Below, in pieces: positions 1 through 14,953 of a stretch of DNA of 64,000 nt (positions within the stretch are counted from its first letter, which is position 1; every line of letters starts with the position of its first letter). A program made the position numbers and the translations under genes. Origin of the DNA: Batkoa obscura (taxonomy: Eukaryota); the NCBI GenBank assembly GCA_030770535.1, contig JASVEC010000010.1:806001-870000 (forward strand). The letters are read 5' to 3'. Under the pieces are notes generated by a model, which was given only the letters and a program-made list of their open reading frames with translations, did not search any database and was not told the DNA's origin.

Positions 1-998
1 AAAAAAAATACACCCCTAAATTTTAGTTGACATTTTAATCTACATAATTACAAACCAAATAATTGTCTTTTTAAGAAATATTAGTATTTTTAAATTTAAA
101 TTTAATCTTAAATGCATAGTGTTTAAGAATTTACTAACAATTTTTCCACTCGAACAGTGTTAAAAAATGGAAAAGTGATGAAACCAAAAAACAGCCCCCA
201 TTTGATATTTTTAATCAGATGTAGAATAGTTCAAATAGTAAAATTAATCTAGCTAAATTTTTGATGAATTAAAATGAATAGTTTTTTATAATATTTAAAT
301 TTTATTTTATTCTTAAAGCGTTTTCAATAAACACCATATAACAGCGCTTGAAGACTATTATATTAGTCTATCTTATTTAAAATCATATAGTTGAAAACTG
401 ATGGAAATATTACTATGAAAGAATGTTCTATACAAACAACAATAAACTTCGGCCACAGAAACTATCTCACAATGCTTTTTATCTATATCAGATATGGGTA
501 GTTTTATTATTTTATTTATTGTTAAAATATACATATTATGTTTACTTTGCTTATCAATTAGCTAACTGTTTGTTCAATTTTCAAGCCTAAAAAATAATAA
601 AGATAGTCGAAGAAGAAAAATTCTCCAGTATAAAATTTAAATGAATGTTTTGAAGTTTAATATTATTAAATATATTAAAATATATTCCTTTGGTAGTATA
701 TATAATATGAAATTTTTAGCCCATTATTACTGTTTATAATTTTGTTAGTTTATATCACATTGTACTTATATGTGACATTTTTCTATCAGTTTGGTCTCTC
801 AATGAATGTTTAGTAGTTGGAAAATCATTAAAGCTGTCATTAGCATCTGACTATTCTTTTATCAATAAATTAAATATAGTCCACTTCATAACTAGATTAA
901 TTACCTCATGGTGTTTTGTGGTATACAATATAAATAAAATTCCCCATAACGAATATCCAACCCTTAAATTATTAGTCTTAAAATCAAATTTTATATAT

Positions 999-1097
999 GG
1001 GGATGTATTTTTGTGTTTAAGAATTTTACCAACAAATTTTCCGCTTAAATAGCGCTTAAAAAATGGAAAAAATAATGATGTCAAAAAAAACACTCCC
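999..1097 (+). mobile_element. MITE, 99 bp, TSD ATAT
   Basis: atat|GGGGATGT...ACACTCCC|atat. Confidence 0.85.
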
Positions 1098-1143
1098 ATA
1101 TAATATTTTATTAAAACATCTCCGTTTAGATCCAAAATAAAAT

Positions 1144-1241
1144 GGGGCTGTTTTTTTTGGTTTCATTATTTTTCCATTTTTTAAGTACTATTTGAGTGGA
1201 AAATTTGTTAGTAAAATTCTGAAATATATAAATACATCCCC
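1144..1241 (-). mobile_element. MITE, TSD AAAT
   Basis: aaat|GGGGCTGT...ACATCCCC|aaat. Confidence 0.85.
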
Positions 1242-2171
1242 AAATACTAAAATGTTTTAAAAATTTATTCACCTTTTAAAGTTAGGGTATATTATAAGAG
1301 CATTAAAGACGTTACAAAAAACAGTTATAAATATACTGTTTTAACTTATAGTTTGTTTTATTAAGCTTAGTATTAAAAAACTGACAAAAGAACAATAGAA
1401 AGCATTAAAAAGACTAGATAACCTGAAACAAAATGAATTTTTAAATCATTTTACGAATAAAACTATAAATTTAAAGTGTAGGCTAGAAATGCTTAGATGA
1501 AAATGTTATAATAGTGAAGTCATATCAAAACTAAATAGTGAATTTGACTTTAAATATTAATACCATTATAAACAGTCTTTTCCAATTTTTATTATCTATA
1601 TAAGGTACTTGAAGGCTTCGTCTTTCAAAATAAAAAACTATTATAAATACACTATTTAGCATTATACATTGATAGCATTTATCTCTAAATAAAATATTAT
1701 CTAATAAAACTAAACTTTATATTGAATTGTAACTAATTATTTTAATATGTTGTATTATTCTTAATAATAAAATAAAGTTATTAATGAAACAATAGTTTAA
1801 TATCAAATAAAACTATTTGAGAAACCAACTTAAGTTTTTTTATTTTAATAAACAAACACATACAAACAAGATAGAATGAAAGTTTAAAAGTATTAAGAAT
1901 TCGTTTATTAAAACAAATTTTAATTAAATATAATCTTATAACTTACTGATTATTTTAATGTAACCACTTCAATTGAAAATACGGTTCTCATTAATAAATA
2001 TAGAAATTTACATAGGGAAGTATCCATAACTTAGATAAAATCTAATTGATCGAACATTAAGAATTATACTTTATTTTAAAGTGTTATTTTTCATGTTTGC
2101 TTTTTTAATAGAATTAAACAAAACTAAAAGTTACTAAAAAACATTCCATTTCTATTGATTGAATCAAAACT

Positions 2172-2538
2172 TTAATCTTGCTTCTTAATTTCTTTAAATC
2201 CAAGATGGAAAGCACGTTGGCAATCAGCAAATGCTGTTCCAAATCCAAATCCAGTGCCTAGGATTACTGGCCACATACGTCCTAGTATTTTATTAATATT
2301 TTCTTTTTTTAAAAATAAACTTCACTTACTTCTAAATAGCAACACTGAAGCTCCAATACCTAAACAGAGTCCAAGACTGCCATTGACGACTAAATTTGAA
2401 AGACATTGATCACGCTGTTGATTTTATATTAATTCTTTTTATTTTATTTATATGAATAGTTACTTTAGTTGCTAATAGTTTTTCTGATGGCACATTGACT
2501 GCCTCTTCTTTGTTGCTGAATTTGGATGCTTCTGACAT
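2172..2538 (-). CDS. MIC10: MICOS complex subunit Mic10 (3 exons)
   Basis: Manual translation: MSEASKFSNKEEAVNVPSEKLLATK / RDQCLSNLVVNGSLGLCLGIGASVLLFR / RRMWPVILGTGFGFGTAFADCQRAF...; Gly-rich TM helices with GxGxGxG pattern; two short GT-AG introns. Not in the ORF track. Confidence 0.85.
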
Positions 2539-2948
2539 TTTTATAAAACAAGGTAAAGTGAAAATTACTCTCTATTTCTATAACTTTTTTTAGCCAATCA
2601 TTTTGCTTATTGGTTTTTTAAATTTTTATTAGCTAGATAAAAAGACCAACATAAGAAAATGTTATAATCTTAAAAGTGTTTGATATTTATATACTTTCTC
2701 ATTGTTAAAAGCTTAAAATATAAAAAAACTAATCTCAATTATATATTGATTAATAATAAAGTAATTGAGATTCAAATTTTATATTACTTATATTTTTAAT
2801 TATTTATTACACTCCATTAAAATTAAAAAAGTATAAATAATAAACTGCTACATAACTTTATTTAGAATAGTTAGAGATAGATATATACATGTAAACTTTT
2901 TAAATATTTATTTACCAATTTAACAAAATTAATAAGTTTATACCTTAA

Positions 2949-5900
2949 TCAAGATGGCATGTTAATAGCATCCGGATTGATGGTTATAGACTTTGTGCAA
3001 TCATGTGTTTTATAAATACCCACCAATCTATCTGCCATTTCAAACATGTTGTTTCTTAGCGAAATAATAATAAATTGTGCATCTTTGGTTCTTTCTTTAA
3101 TGTAATTGGCTACTATGGAAACATTCCTAAAATCAAGTGCTGCGTCAATTTCATCCATAACATACAGCGGAGTTGGTTTAAAGTGATGCAATGCAAACAC
3201 TAAAGCTAACGAACTTAGGGTCTATTAAATAAAAAATTAAACAAATGCATCAATAAACAAAATGAAAGTTAACTTACTTTTTCTCCACCAGATAAATTTG
3301 AAATATTTTTCCATGATTTTTTAGGCGGCATTACTGAAAATATAATTCCTTCTGCGAAAGGATCAAGGTTATCTACCAACTCAAGTTCTGCATTGCCTCC
3401 TAATGTAATCATTTGATACATCTCTTTCAATTTATAAGATATTGCAGAAAACCCTTCCATGAATTTAAAATGACGTGTTTGCTTCAACTCATCATAATCT
3501 TTTTTAATTTTTGCATGATTATCTGAAACATTATCAAATTCCTTTTTGCGCTTTAAGAAATCTTTATTCTTTTTACGATATTCTACTATCACTCCAAGGT
3601 TAGGTGTTGTATGTTTAAGCTTATTTTGTGCTGCTGAAATTGCATTCTCGAGCTCTTTTAGGTCTTGCTCTTCTAACTCTTCTCTACTATAAGTTACCAA
3701 TGCTTCGTTTTGCTCATCCTCAATTTCATATTCATCCATCATATCTTCATTGCCGCTTCTTGCTTCTTTATGTTCGTATACGTCTTTAAGGGCAAGTGTT
3801 TTTAATTGATTATCCCAATGGCCCTCGTGTTTCTCGCATCCTTTAAATTGTTGTTGTTGATCATAAATCTTATTAGTAAGGTCTAATTCAAGAGCCTTCA
3901 TATCATTTATGGATTCTGAAATCTGTTCCATTTCTACTTTAACCTCTTCAATTTGTGTTTCGATCCCTGTCTTTTCTTCATCTATTGCTTCCTTTTTTGA
4001 ATCAACTTCGGAAATTAATTTAGCATTTTCCTCAATTTTACTAACCCCTAATTTATATTCTTCAGCTACGCTTTCTTGTTCAATTTCTAATCTTTCTACC
4101 TCTTTCTCAGCCTTAATTTGGTCTTTTTCAGCTTTATCTTTAGCTACTAATGTTCTAGATTTGTTTTGTAAATATTCTTCAATAACATTTTTAATACTTT
4201 CGACAGTACTATTCTGTATTCTTAATCTGGTACCACCTGCTTCGAGCACCTTTTGATGAAATTCATCTATATCTTTTCTTATTGCTTGTGAATCCGATTC
4301 TAACTTTACCATATCCTCCTTCAAAATTTCAATTTCTGACTTATAGCTAGCCAATTGTTCTTTTTCTTCTTTTGTTAAAGGTGCAGTTTGTTTAAATTGA
4401 GTATAACGCTTTTTTCCATCTTGGATTTGACTCTCTAATGATTCCAAATCCATTTCCAGCTTAGCGATTTCAGTTTCAATACGCGGTAACTCAATTTTGT
4501 CCTTTTCAAGAGTATCTTCCTTTACTTTCAATCTTTGGCGGAACTGGTATAGCTCTTCTTGAGCTCTTCTAAGAACATCATTAAGTTTTTGCAATTTTTC
4601 TGGGCTAATGGGATCGTCATATATACTTGAGCCCATAGCTCCTCTTGAAACGCGCTTGCCACCACCACTCATAGTGCCACTTTTTTCTACCATATCTCCC
4701 TTTAGAGTTACTACTCTCCATCTAACTTGGCCCATACCAACCCTTCTTGCTTGATCCAGATCTTTTGCAACCAAAGTATTCCTTAGATTATTGTAAAAGG
4801 CTTGTGAATATATCGGGTCTTTTGGTGTAATAAGATCAAACAATCTAGGCACGTTTTCTGGTGTAGAGATTCCGTGCATTGATTCCTTCTTTATACTATT
4901 TAATGCCATAAAGGTTGCCCTGCCAACATTATTGTCTCTAAGGAATTTGATACATTGTTGCGCAGTTTCAATTGTATCGACTATTATATGCTCTAATTGT
5001 GGACAAGCAGTTGAAATTGCTACGTCATATTTTGCATCTATTGAACCCAAATCACCCAATCTTCCATGTATTCCATGGATAAGTCCTAACTCCTTCTGAC
5101 GAATTATTGCTTGTATAACTTTATTTCTTGCTTTGGCATTGTTCATAGTAGATTCTGCTTCACTCTGCTTAAGTTGGGCTTGTTGGTATTTAGATAATAA
5201 TTCAGAATCTTTCAATGCATCTTGTTCTATTTCTTTTTCTAAAGTATTTATCTCATCAATCAAAAAGTCTTTTTGCTCAACAAGTGAGGGAAGCTGCTCT
5301 TGTTTTGCTACCTGTGACTCTGATAACATATTTACTATGTTTTTAAATGCCTTCAACTGCCCATCATAAGCATTCTCCTTATCATTTAATATCTTCATTC
5401 TAGATTTAATTACATCAATTTCAATTTGTTTCTGATTGATTTTTTCGTTCCAAGGAATAAGCTCTTTTTGCTTTTCATCAATTTTTGATCGAAGTTCCTT
5501 AGTTTTACCTAACAGAAGTTGATCAAAAATAATTCAAAAATTAATATTATGGTAACAACTACCTTCAAGATCTTCGCGTATTTTTTCCAATTTCTTTTCT
5601 TCAACTTCTAGTGTCTTTTCATCCTCATTTATTTTAATCTCACATTTTTCCAATACAGCTTCACAGTTAATAAAATCGCGTTTTGAATCTCCGATTTTTT
5701 TTATTGCCTTAAATAATTTAATAGATATACATGGTAAGAAAAAATAATTTACTGCTCTCTTTCTTTCTTTGATCTTCTTTATCCTTCCATTTATATGCTT
5801 GAGTTCAAATTGTAATTTAATATCAGCTGTATCTATAGCCTCTTCTTCTTTTTTAACTTGAAGCACTTTTTTATTGACTTCAGCTAAAGTTTGTGAAAGC

Positions 5901-6976
5901 TTCTTGTGTTTCCTTTCCAACTCTTTAATTTTTTGGCTTGTTTCTGAATTTTTTTCCTTTTCACCTTCAAGTTGTTCTTTTAAGTTATTCTAAAAACAAA
6001 TCAGCCTATATCTAATCGAGAATATACAACTTACTAGTTTTTTGAAAGCAATCTCTTTGCTTTTAATGCTTTCTAATTTTTTGATTTGAAAGTACATGTT
6101 TTGTTTTTTTATGTGTTCATTTTCTTCCCTAAGATATTCATCTGCTTCAAGTTTTTTACCCTTAAAATATTAGCATTCATACTATTCTTGATGTATTATT
6201 TTTTACTTCTAAAGATTTTAATTCTTTTTCAACAATTTTCATCCTATTAAGCTTCTCTTGTTTTACTTCAGTAGCTTTCTCTAGCTCTATACTTGCATTC
6301 TCAATAGGCTCTTTGTATTGTGAAGTACCAATAATATCTTCTAAATATTCCAATAATCCATCGTCATGATCGTTTAAAGCTTTAGGTTTCATCTGTGAAA
6401 TCGACTCAACTTCACCCTTTGGTTAAAAATTATTAGCTTTGTTTTAATTTTAAAAAACTAAACTTACCTGTAAAATCAAAAAACGTTTATGATCTAAGTC
6501 AATGCCTTTGTTTCGAAGTAAATCCGTTACTTCGGTATAACTACTTACTCTTTCGTTTATGAAATATCGACTGGTATTATTACGGAAAGCTGATCTTTTA
6601 ATAATTAACTCTGTATTTGGTATATATTCACTACTATCTCCCGAGTCATTATTTCTACAAAATGAACTTCAACTGAACAAGACTCTAAGTTAGGGTAATC
6701 TTTAGAGTTATGGATCAGCTCAGATAATTTTCCTTGCCGCATTTTATTAGCTCTATAACCAAAAACAAATAATAAGGAGTCAATCACATTGGACTTTCCA
6801 GAACCGTTTGGTCCTACAACTGCAGAAAAAGACTCATGAAAGGGCCCAATGATTTGAGTACCAGCATATGATTTGAAATTCCTTAATACCATCTTTGATA
6901 TTATTAACCGTCTGCTGGGTTCATTAACATCTTGAATGTTTTCGTTTGTTATATTTTCTTCTATCTCGGATACCAT
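2949..6976 (-). CDS. SMC4: Condensin subunit SMC4 (multi-exon)
   Basis: Walker A GPNGSGKSN, RFLILQGEVESISQMKPK, hinge GRLGDLG...GTMSGGG, signature LSGGEK(T), Walker B YVMDEIDAALD; ORF fragments joined by short introns. Confidence 0.97.
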
Positions 6977-7195
6977 TTGTTTTTTTATTGTCACAACAAT
7001 AATTTAAGAAAGGTAAATTTGAAATTTTGATTTTTTGGAATAAATTTAATTTTAAGTGTAAAATAATTGATATCATTTAGAATATAAAAGTTAATATAAA
7101 AATGATATTAAAAAAGAACAGTAATAACGATTTAGTTTTATTACGAAACACTTCAACTCACTTTAGAAATAAATTCTAGTAATAGCATAGTACAA

Positions 7196-9154
7196 TTAAC
7201 CTAAATAAACCCATATGTAATCCCCTGATTTTATACCATAAAAGTTCACTAACTGACGAACAGGATTATCTAATTCAATGATTTGGTAGTCATTCTATAT
7301 AATTGTTATTATAATCAGTGATAAAAATGATAAATAAATTAATTACTTTGCAATTTTTATTTTCTATTAAAGCATATAGTTTAATAGTCGAGTTAATTGG
7401 CAATTTAAATAACTTTTTAATATTCATACTTAAAATTCTAATAGTAACATTATCTATCAAAAGTAAATATATGTTTGTATAAAAGATTAACAAGTTACTT
7501 AAAAATTCTTTCTTTTCCCAGTCCAAACTAAGTATGGCCTCATTATTTACACCACTTAAAGGCTCATTCTTTTGAATTGTTATTCCAAGTTCAATTAGTC
7601 TTTGCTTTAATTTATTGGAGTTGTTTAAGTTGTCTTCTTTTTTATTTTTTAAATCTATATTATACTTTTTACACAATGTATCAAATTGAGGATGATGTTT
7701 TATAAATTCATTGTGATTTAGACTACCATACTGTGGTAAACATATTTGATTGATATAAAATAACTCTGAATCGATTCTCTCCTGCTTTGTTATTTTTGTT
7801 ATGTTCAAAAATTGCAAACTAGGCACAAATGATACTAACAACGTTCTGTTGTTTACCAAATTCTTATCCTTCGTAAGGTAATTTAAATGGTTTTCTAAAA
7901 CAATTCAATTAGAATACAAAATAATAATAGTCAAACATACCTTTTGTAAACATAATGCCCAATGTTTGAAGATGTTCAAGATTTGGAAAGCTTTTGTAGA
8001 TTGGTATCATTTGCTCCAAATCACTTATTTTAGTATAATTCAAATTTAACCTTTTCAAAGTAATTGAATAAACTTTCTCAGTTTTCTTTAAATATAGTTT
8101 ATTCAAAGGATTAAAGCCTATATTTAAATACTCTAAGCTAGATGAAAAATAACATATTATTAAATTATATGAGAAGCATATTATTACTACCTTTTGTAAT
8201 ATTTTAAACTTTCTAAAATTTCCTCTTCTTCTCCAGTTATTAGATTAGTTTCTAAATTGAGCACTTTAAGTTTCAAAAACCAAGGCTTGTTTTCGCTTGG
8301 AATAGGTATCCTTTTTAATGAATTAGAGCAAATTTGTAGCTCTTCTAAATTTATTAAATATGGTTCAATGATCTTAATCTCATGTTCACTTATTAATGTT
8401 TGATTTAAGCTTAATACCCTAATATTTTCTAACCCACCATTAATTAATTTACTATATGAAACAAATCTCATATCATTTAGAGATAACCTTTTAAGATTGT
8501 TCAATTCGAGCGCCAATGTCATAATAGGCTCCCAAGACGAGATCAAACTTTTACTCAAATCAAGATCTTCCAAGCCTATACGTGAGTCATATAAATACTA
8601 ATTAAGAGTCTGTAGTAAAATAAAGTTACTTGGCAATAAAGTAGAGTAATTTAAACTAAAATCTATCCAACTTATTATTTCTGGTGTAAGACTTATTGTC
8701 TTTAAATTTTTCGAGTTTCTACCATAATTCATCTTATTTAGAATTACATTAAATGATAAATTTACACCTACGATAATTCTTCTTGTACTTTTTTAAATCC
8801 TAAAGTTTCAAACTTTACATTAGGTCTATCTTCCAGGGTGAAAGAAACATCTTCAACACCACTTGTATCCAAATACTTCTTTCGAATCCCTTCCCATAAA
8901 TTTGTTCCGATATTAATGTTTCTACTTAATGGAAAAGTAGGAAATTTTAAAAATGATGCACAACCATTCCTTTTTGGTTGAAAATACTGCTTTCCTAAAT
9001 ATTCTCCAGAATGCTTTCCTTTGTTCTCATCATCCCATTCTACTCCGATTCTTTTTCCTTTAACACCTTCTAATTCTCCAATCCATAAAACTGTGCAAGT
9101 AAATCCGTTTATAATTAGTCTTGTTCCAATAGTAATTTCATTTATTTCTTCCAT
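7196..9154 (-). CDS. TBCE: Tubulin-specific chaperone E (CAP-Gly, LRR, ubiquitin-like C-terminus)
   Basis: N-terminal CAP-Gly (GVEWDDENKGKHSG), LRR exons (LDLSKSLISSW, LNLETNLI), RIDSELFY motif, last exon ELDNPVRQLVNFYGIKSGDYIWV. Confidence 0.9.
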
Positions 9155-9363
9155 TTGAAAAACGTAACAAGGTTTTTGAAAAAAATTGTCATTTGTTTTT
9201 AATTTGACAATAAATATCTAACAGATGTAATTTAATTTTTTCTATTAAATAAAATTCAAATATCAACGAGACATAATTCAAATAGGATCATTGTTAATAT
9301 TTTTGTTTATATAATAAACTTTATAACCCATCACCAATTGTATATAATAATTCATCATAAATC

Positions 9364-9901
9364 ATGTCTCACTCTCATCTAAACAATAAACAATGTAACT
9401 GTAACACAAGTTCATTAAGCTTTCAACAGAGTTTGGATGAGCTTGAATTTGATAGGTCAATACATGGAGCATGTGTCTTTGGTGATGAGAAGAAAATAAA
9501 TAAAATGATCCAAAGTAGTAAAAATGTCGTAGGTTTAGTTAACTCAGTAGATTCTTATGGATATGCTCCTTTGGTATTTTTTTTCTTTTAAGTTCTTTTC
9601 AACTATTAACTTGAATAGCATTATGCTGCTAAACATAATCACTTGAGTATAACGAAAATATTATTAGTTAACGGTGCAAATATTAATGCTAAAACTAAAG
9701 GCCTAAAGACAACAGTAATTTTTTAGTTTTCATCATTTATATTAACAATGACTTTATTAATTATAGGTGCTCCATCGAGCCATCCTTGATAAAAATAAAG
9801 AAATGATCAATTTTTTGTTAGATAATGGTGCTGATTTAGATATCGTCGATGACTTAGGAAGAACACCTAGAGAACTATTAAAGCAACCTAGTACTATTTA
9901 A
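9364..9901 (+). CDS. Small ankyrin-repeat protein (ANKRD39-like), 3 exons
   Basis: QSLDELEFDRSIHGAC...DSYGYAPL/HYAAKHNHLSITKILLVNGANINAKT...T/VLHRA...LLDNGADLDIVDDLGRTP. Confidence 0.8.
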
Positions 9902-11022
9902 ACCAATAAACTTCACTAAATTATGTCTAAATCATAATGTCTCAACTGCTGTCATTAACTTAAAATGTGCCGTTAATATAAATTCTAATTCTGCTAGTTA
10001 TAACTCATAAAAAACCGAATTATTGATTTTATTTACAAAAATTAGCTTAAATAAAACTATTACATACACTATGTTTTTTTTGGTCCATCACTTTTCCATC
10101 TTTTAAGCGCTGTTTGAGCGGAAGGATTGGTAAAATTATGAAACAAAAAATACATCCCTATATATCGAGTTAATAGGGTTTTTAGGAAGTAGTTTTTTTG
10201 TTAATAAATACATTTTTACTTCAAATTAATAAAAGCAGGAAATTCGAGATGAAAATACTATACTTATAGGTGAAGTAATTGCCTTATTTAATCCTTGGCA
10301 TTCTTTTCTCTTTATTAGATCAAATTTTTTATTGTTTCTATTAGTAAAATTTTAGTGAAAAAAATTTTAAATACCAAAATAAAAGTTAATATATATCGAT
10401 AATTGGATCTATGCAAAATTTAAATTCAGACAATAATTCAAAAGGATATTATCCTATTTAAAGATTCCTTGATTCTGAAAGTAAAGTTATAGATTTATGT
10501 ATAGTAGTATCATATTAATGCATTGAAGCATTTTTTAGTTTTATCACTTTTTTATTTTGTAAGTGCATTTGAATGGAAAAGTTGTTAACAAAATTCTTAA
10601 ACAAAAAGAGACATTCTCATGTAAAAATGGACAATTTTTTATATTGTCAATGTTAACAAACCATATCGAAGGAGCTTCAGCTAACCAAATTAGTTAGATG
10701 CCCTCATAAGGTTGACTTAATTAGTTGAAAATAGCTGGGTGGCAGAAATTCACACCAAATACTATTTAAAAAACGTACTAATACATTTCCTGACAACAAT
10801 CTGTTAATAAACAGTCTAATATACTTTTAGTTGAACATCACAGCCTATGAAAAAATTAAGGGATAATTTGGCCAATTAGAGCTATTCTATAGTTAGCTCA
10901 ATTTGAAATTCTGCAATTTAAACAATCCAATTGTTTTATTACAAAGAGAATAATCCATTCATCAATGAATATTTAATCATTCCAAACTCGAAATTTATAT
11001 CAAACTACTTTTTGGGATCAAT

Positions 11023-12725
11023 ATGCAAAGATATAGTCTAGTAAAGCACAACAATAGCAATAATAATAATAAATTAATGATATCTTGTTTTAGAGACCAT
11101 CTAAAAGGCCTCATATAAAGGACCAGAGTACAGAAAATCTCACATTAAAATTAGAGAGTAAAGCTCCTAGTGATACTAGTACAGTTACAAGTGAAGAAAA
11201 TCCAACAGGAAAACTAAATAAAATGCAAAACGAAAAGGTCAAATTATTATAAATAATCATTATGAAAAAAAAATTAAAATCGTTTAATAGATCTCTAATT
11301 CTAATAAAAAAGAAAATATCACAAACTATCTTAATGAGGCAGAAGAATTGGTGAATGGAAAGAGATTCAAAGCAGTTGAACAAAGGGTTGATAAAGGTAA
11401 ACTAGTAGGATATATGAAATACACCCATGGAAAATAACAAATTTTCAGATAAGATTAATTCTGGAGGTGTTATAAAAGAAAATATTATGAGTCATTTTAT
11501 TAAAGCAGAGCGCTTGAATAAGATGAGAGTCAATGTATTTGACCATATACCTGATAAAACCAAAATAAAAGGCCTAGAAGAACCTGCTTTAAAATGCATT
11601 ATGGTTCCAGACAAAATGAGCAAAAAAATTATGGAATATAAGAAACCCAAAATAACATCAAGACCCTTGATCGAAAAACGAAATGAATCAACTCGTGTAA
11701 TTCATAATACCAGGCGTATAACTCCAGAATTTCAAGTTAGTGATGACGATCGCTTAGATTATTCCAAAATTAAAATTGACCCAAGTAAACTTCTTGACCA
11801 TGAAAAAGAAGGCTACTCAGAAAATGATGAAAGTGAAACAGAAATGGAAGTGAAGGTGGATGAGCATGATATTAAAAAAAGTAAATTAGGAAAAGAAATG
11901 TATCTTGGTATGCTTGATTCAGAGGTATTATAATAGTTAATGGTAAACTAAATACTTACAATTCTATAGAATTTTTACCTTGTCAATAATGAATATGTAA
12001 GTCATCAAAAATGGGGCTGGGATGTTAGAGAAAGGGAAGTTAATAGGATGCTTAAAGCACATTCAAGCATGATGCTAAGGGGTGAAGTTATATATGACGC
12101 TGTTAATATGTTTGACAGAGTATGTGGAGCCCGTGCAATTAGTGAAGATAAGTTAGATCTTCTTTCAGTTACGTGTTTATTTATAGCTACTAAATTTGCA
12201 AAAATTGGCTACGTTGATCCTGTTAAATTTCTATCATATGCAGTCAAGCCTTACTCAATATCAAGCTTAACTGCAACTGAGGTACATGTCCTCTTTCAGC
12301 TTGATTTTCGTTTAATTTATCCAAATCCTTTAGAATTTCTTGGATATATGATCGCAGGTGATGATGACCCTGATTATACTAAACTTATGACTCGTTATAT
12401 TATGGAAATGACTTTAACTAATCACACATTTTTAAAATGTCGCCCTTCTCTTTTAGCAGCATCTGCAATGCATTTAAGTCGTCTTGTACTTGGCCGCTTT
12501 GGCTGGGATGACGTGCTAATTGAACATACTGGTTTTCAGAGACACCAATTGAAAGGCATTATAAGAGTATTAATCAATAATATTGATGCATCTCCAAAAG
12601 ATTCTTATCCAGATCAAAAGTATGGAAATGTAGACTATGGTTCAGTTTCTATTTATTTTAGAGAGTGGTTAAAAGGTCATTCAGCTTCCGACATATCCAA
12701 TATCGATTTCACCCAAACTGAATAA
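11023..12725 (+). CDS. Divergent B-type-like cyclin (multi-exon)
   Basis: Cyclin N and C folds: AVNMFDR...LDLLSVTCLFIATKF...TEVHVLFQLDFRLIYPNPLEFL...RYIMEMTL...RPSLLAASAMHLSR. The 5' exons are inferred from GT-AG boundaries, so the start is less certain. Confidence 0.85.
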
Positions 12726-12878
12726 TTTTAAAAAGATAGGTTTATCTATCTTCTACGTAATTAACTCAACTCAGTAACTCATAGTTATCCTTTCCTTACT
12801 ATTCTTATTTTTATATTATACCCAAAAGTTAATATTAAATAAACATATATAATATATGGTTTTAAATTTAAATAAAAT

Positions 12879-14155
12879 TTATTGTTTTGTCTCAACTAAA
12901 AACCAACGACATGTATGGCATAATAAATATGGGTTTTTACTAGAGGTGCCTTCATAGAATTTTAATTTATCTACAGTTAGGCATTCAATCACCTTATCTT
13001 TATCGTTGTTAGCTATTAAGCTTTCGGGTATTTCCCACCAAGAAAGAGATACTGTTGCGTCACACTTATAACATTCTTTTTTTACGAGATTTGAATCATT
13101 TTCATAATTTAACTTTAAAGGAGATAATACCATTTCGTTTGTTGGTTCTATAGTATTTATTTCAAAGAATAGATTTATCATTGTCTAAAAAAATGTGAGT
13201 TATTAATGACTAACAGTGATAATGATGATTGACCCAATACCTTATTTTCCTCTTCATTTTTATCATACAACGTATGAATATCAGGAGTCATATCTAATTT
13301 ACTATGTTTTGGACACAAAAGAATCGGTATTAACATCTTTCCTTTTTTTTCTCCCTCCTTGTTTTTTTCAATAAGTTTAAAACCTAAAAAATATTTTCGA
13401 TTTGTTTGGGAACAAGAAGCATGTGCCAAATGATCGCACGAGTCGCATTTTATTTTATACCCAAACCCACCCCTACAAACTTGGCAGATCTTTTATTGTT
13501 AATATCTTTTTTTCAAAAACAAATAAAAATTACTTCATCCCAATTACTTTGATCTAATTCCGAAATACCTCTGACGTTGTTTTGAGTAAACTTTGCATTG
13601 GGTAGAAATACAGCACAAATAAGATGTGCCCAGTTATGCATAGCTGTAGGAAGAATAGCTTTTGGTGCACTTTTTGGTTCATTAATACGACATAATATAC
13701 AAGTATGATTCTATTTAAAATTAATATAATAACACAAAAAAAATTGCACTACATTTGAGTTTGCTCTTTTTGCGAAATTTTTACACCATTCACATAACCA
13801 TGGCTTTTCATCAAGACTAAATATTGAAGGTAAACAAGCTAAAATGGCAGTATTAATTTATTAATATTATATATATAACTAATTTATAATGTATTCAAAT
13901 TCCAATATTATTACTTGAATGGACAGCAAGAAAACATTTTTTACAACACTTGTATTCTTTAGAAGGACCACTTTGTAAGCATAGATCGCATTTTCTTGGT
14001 GATATTACGTCTGTAGTTGCTTTTTTACGGTTCCTTAATTTTATTGGACTATTCTTTTAAAATGTTTTATTTTTATTTCTGATATAATTTATAAATATAT
14101 ACGCTACTTTATCCGACGACAATTTAACTTCATTATTTTTTACATCTGTTGACAT
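12879..14155 (-). CDS. PHD + extended-PHD zinc-finger chromatin protein (similar to the Snt2/PZP region)
   Basis: Exons encode CDLC...CKKC..AVH..C...WLCEWC, then CILC...WAHLICAVF, CQVC...IKCDSCDHLAHASC...LCPKH, and a C-terminal CYKC...SLSWW...LCHTC. Confidence 0.75.
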
Positions 14156-14953
14156 TGTAATTGAAAAATAAAAGTAGTGTCATTTTTTATACTACTCAAT
14201 TTATTCCTATTCCATAAAATGCTAATATTAAGTTGCTATTTTCGAAAGTAAATTTTAAGGTTAAAATGTTCTCTATTTAAAATAGTATAAAAATATGAAC
14301 TGTTGGTTTAGATCAATATTTATAAGCGCTATTATGATTAGTATGGTCTACACATGATATCATACATTATTAGACTAAACATCACCAAGTTGTTTACTAT
14401 TTTTAAATCTATCTATATTAGCAACCAAAAAATATTAGGTCAAATGCACCAATTTCGACGTTTACCCTCTTTGAGTACCAAATGTCTTAAAAAAATTCTA
14501 TTCGATTGGACCGTGATTTTAATTAACTTTTGAAACTCGATCTCTAAAGGGTTAATTTAATGTAAATCCTGTAAGTAATGCTTGTCATGGTTTTATTTTG
14601 ATTTAGAATCATACGTGGGCAATGCTTGTTGTGATTTTTAATCTATAAAATTCAACGAGCACTGTTCATCTATGATGATACTCAAGTGGTTACTTTTAAA
14701 AATCCCAACCACTGTTAATTTTACTAAAAATAGACCTTGATTTGCTAATTGTAAAGAAAATAATCTCTATTATCTGCTGATTTGTAAAACAAGTAATATA
14801 AAAAAATACTATCGCTTTTACACATAAATAGCCTATGGTTAATAGATATAAGTACGGGATACAATCGATCATATGTCCCATGTTAAAGATACATTACGAA
14901 ATATAAATAAATTCAATATATAAAAACAAAACTTTACTTTAAAGATTTATAAA

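Noticed and set aside
851..1135. Short ORFs sharing the FFKRYLSGK-like peptide (also 18950, 42423, 45535, 52900, 53407, 53614, 53707, 34905)
   Set aside because: They are chance translations of the MITE, not a protein family.
3909..5369. Antisense ORFs in SMC4 (likewise in ASN1, the channel and CWC27)
   Set aside because: Shadow frames of real genes with no independent features.
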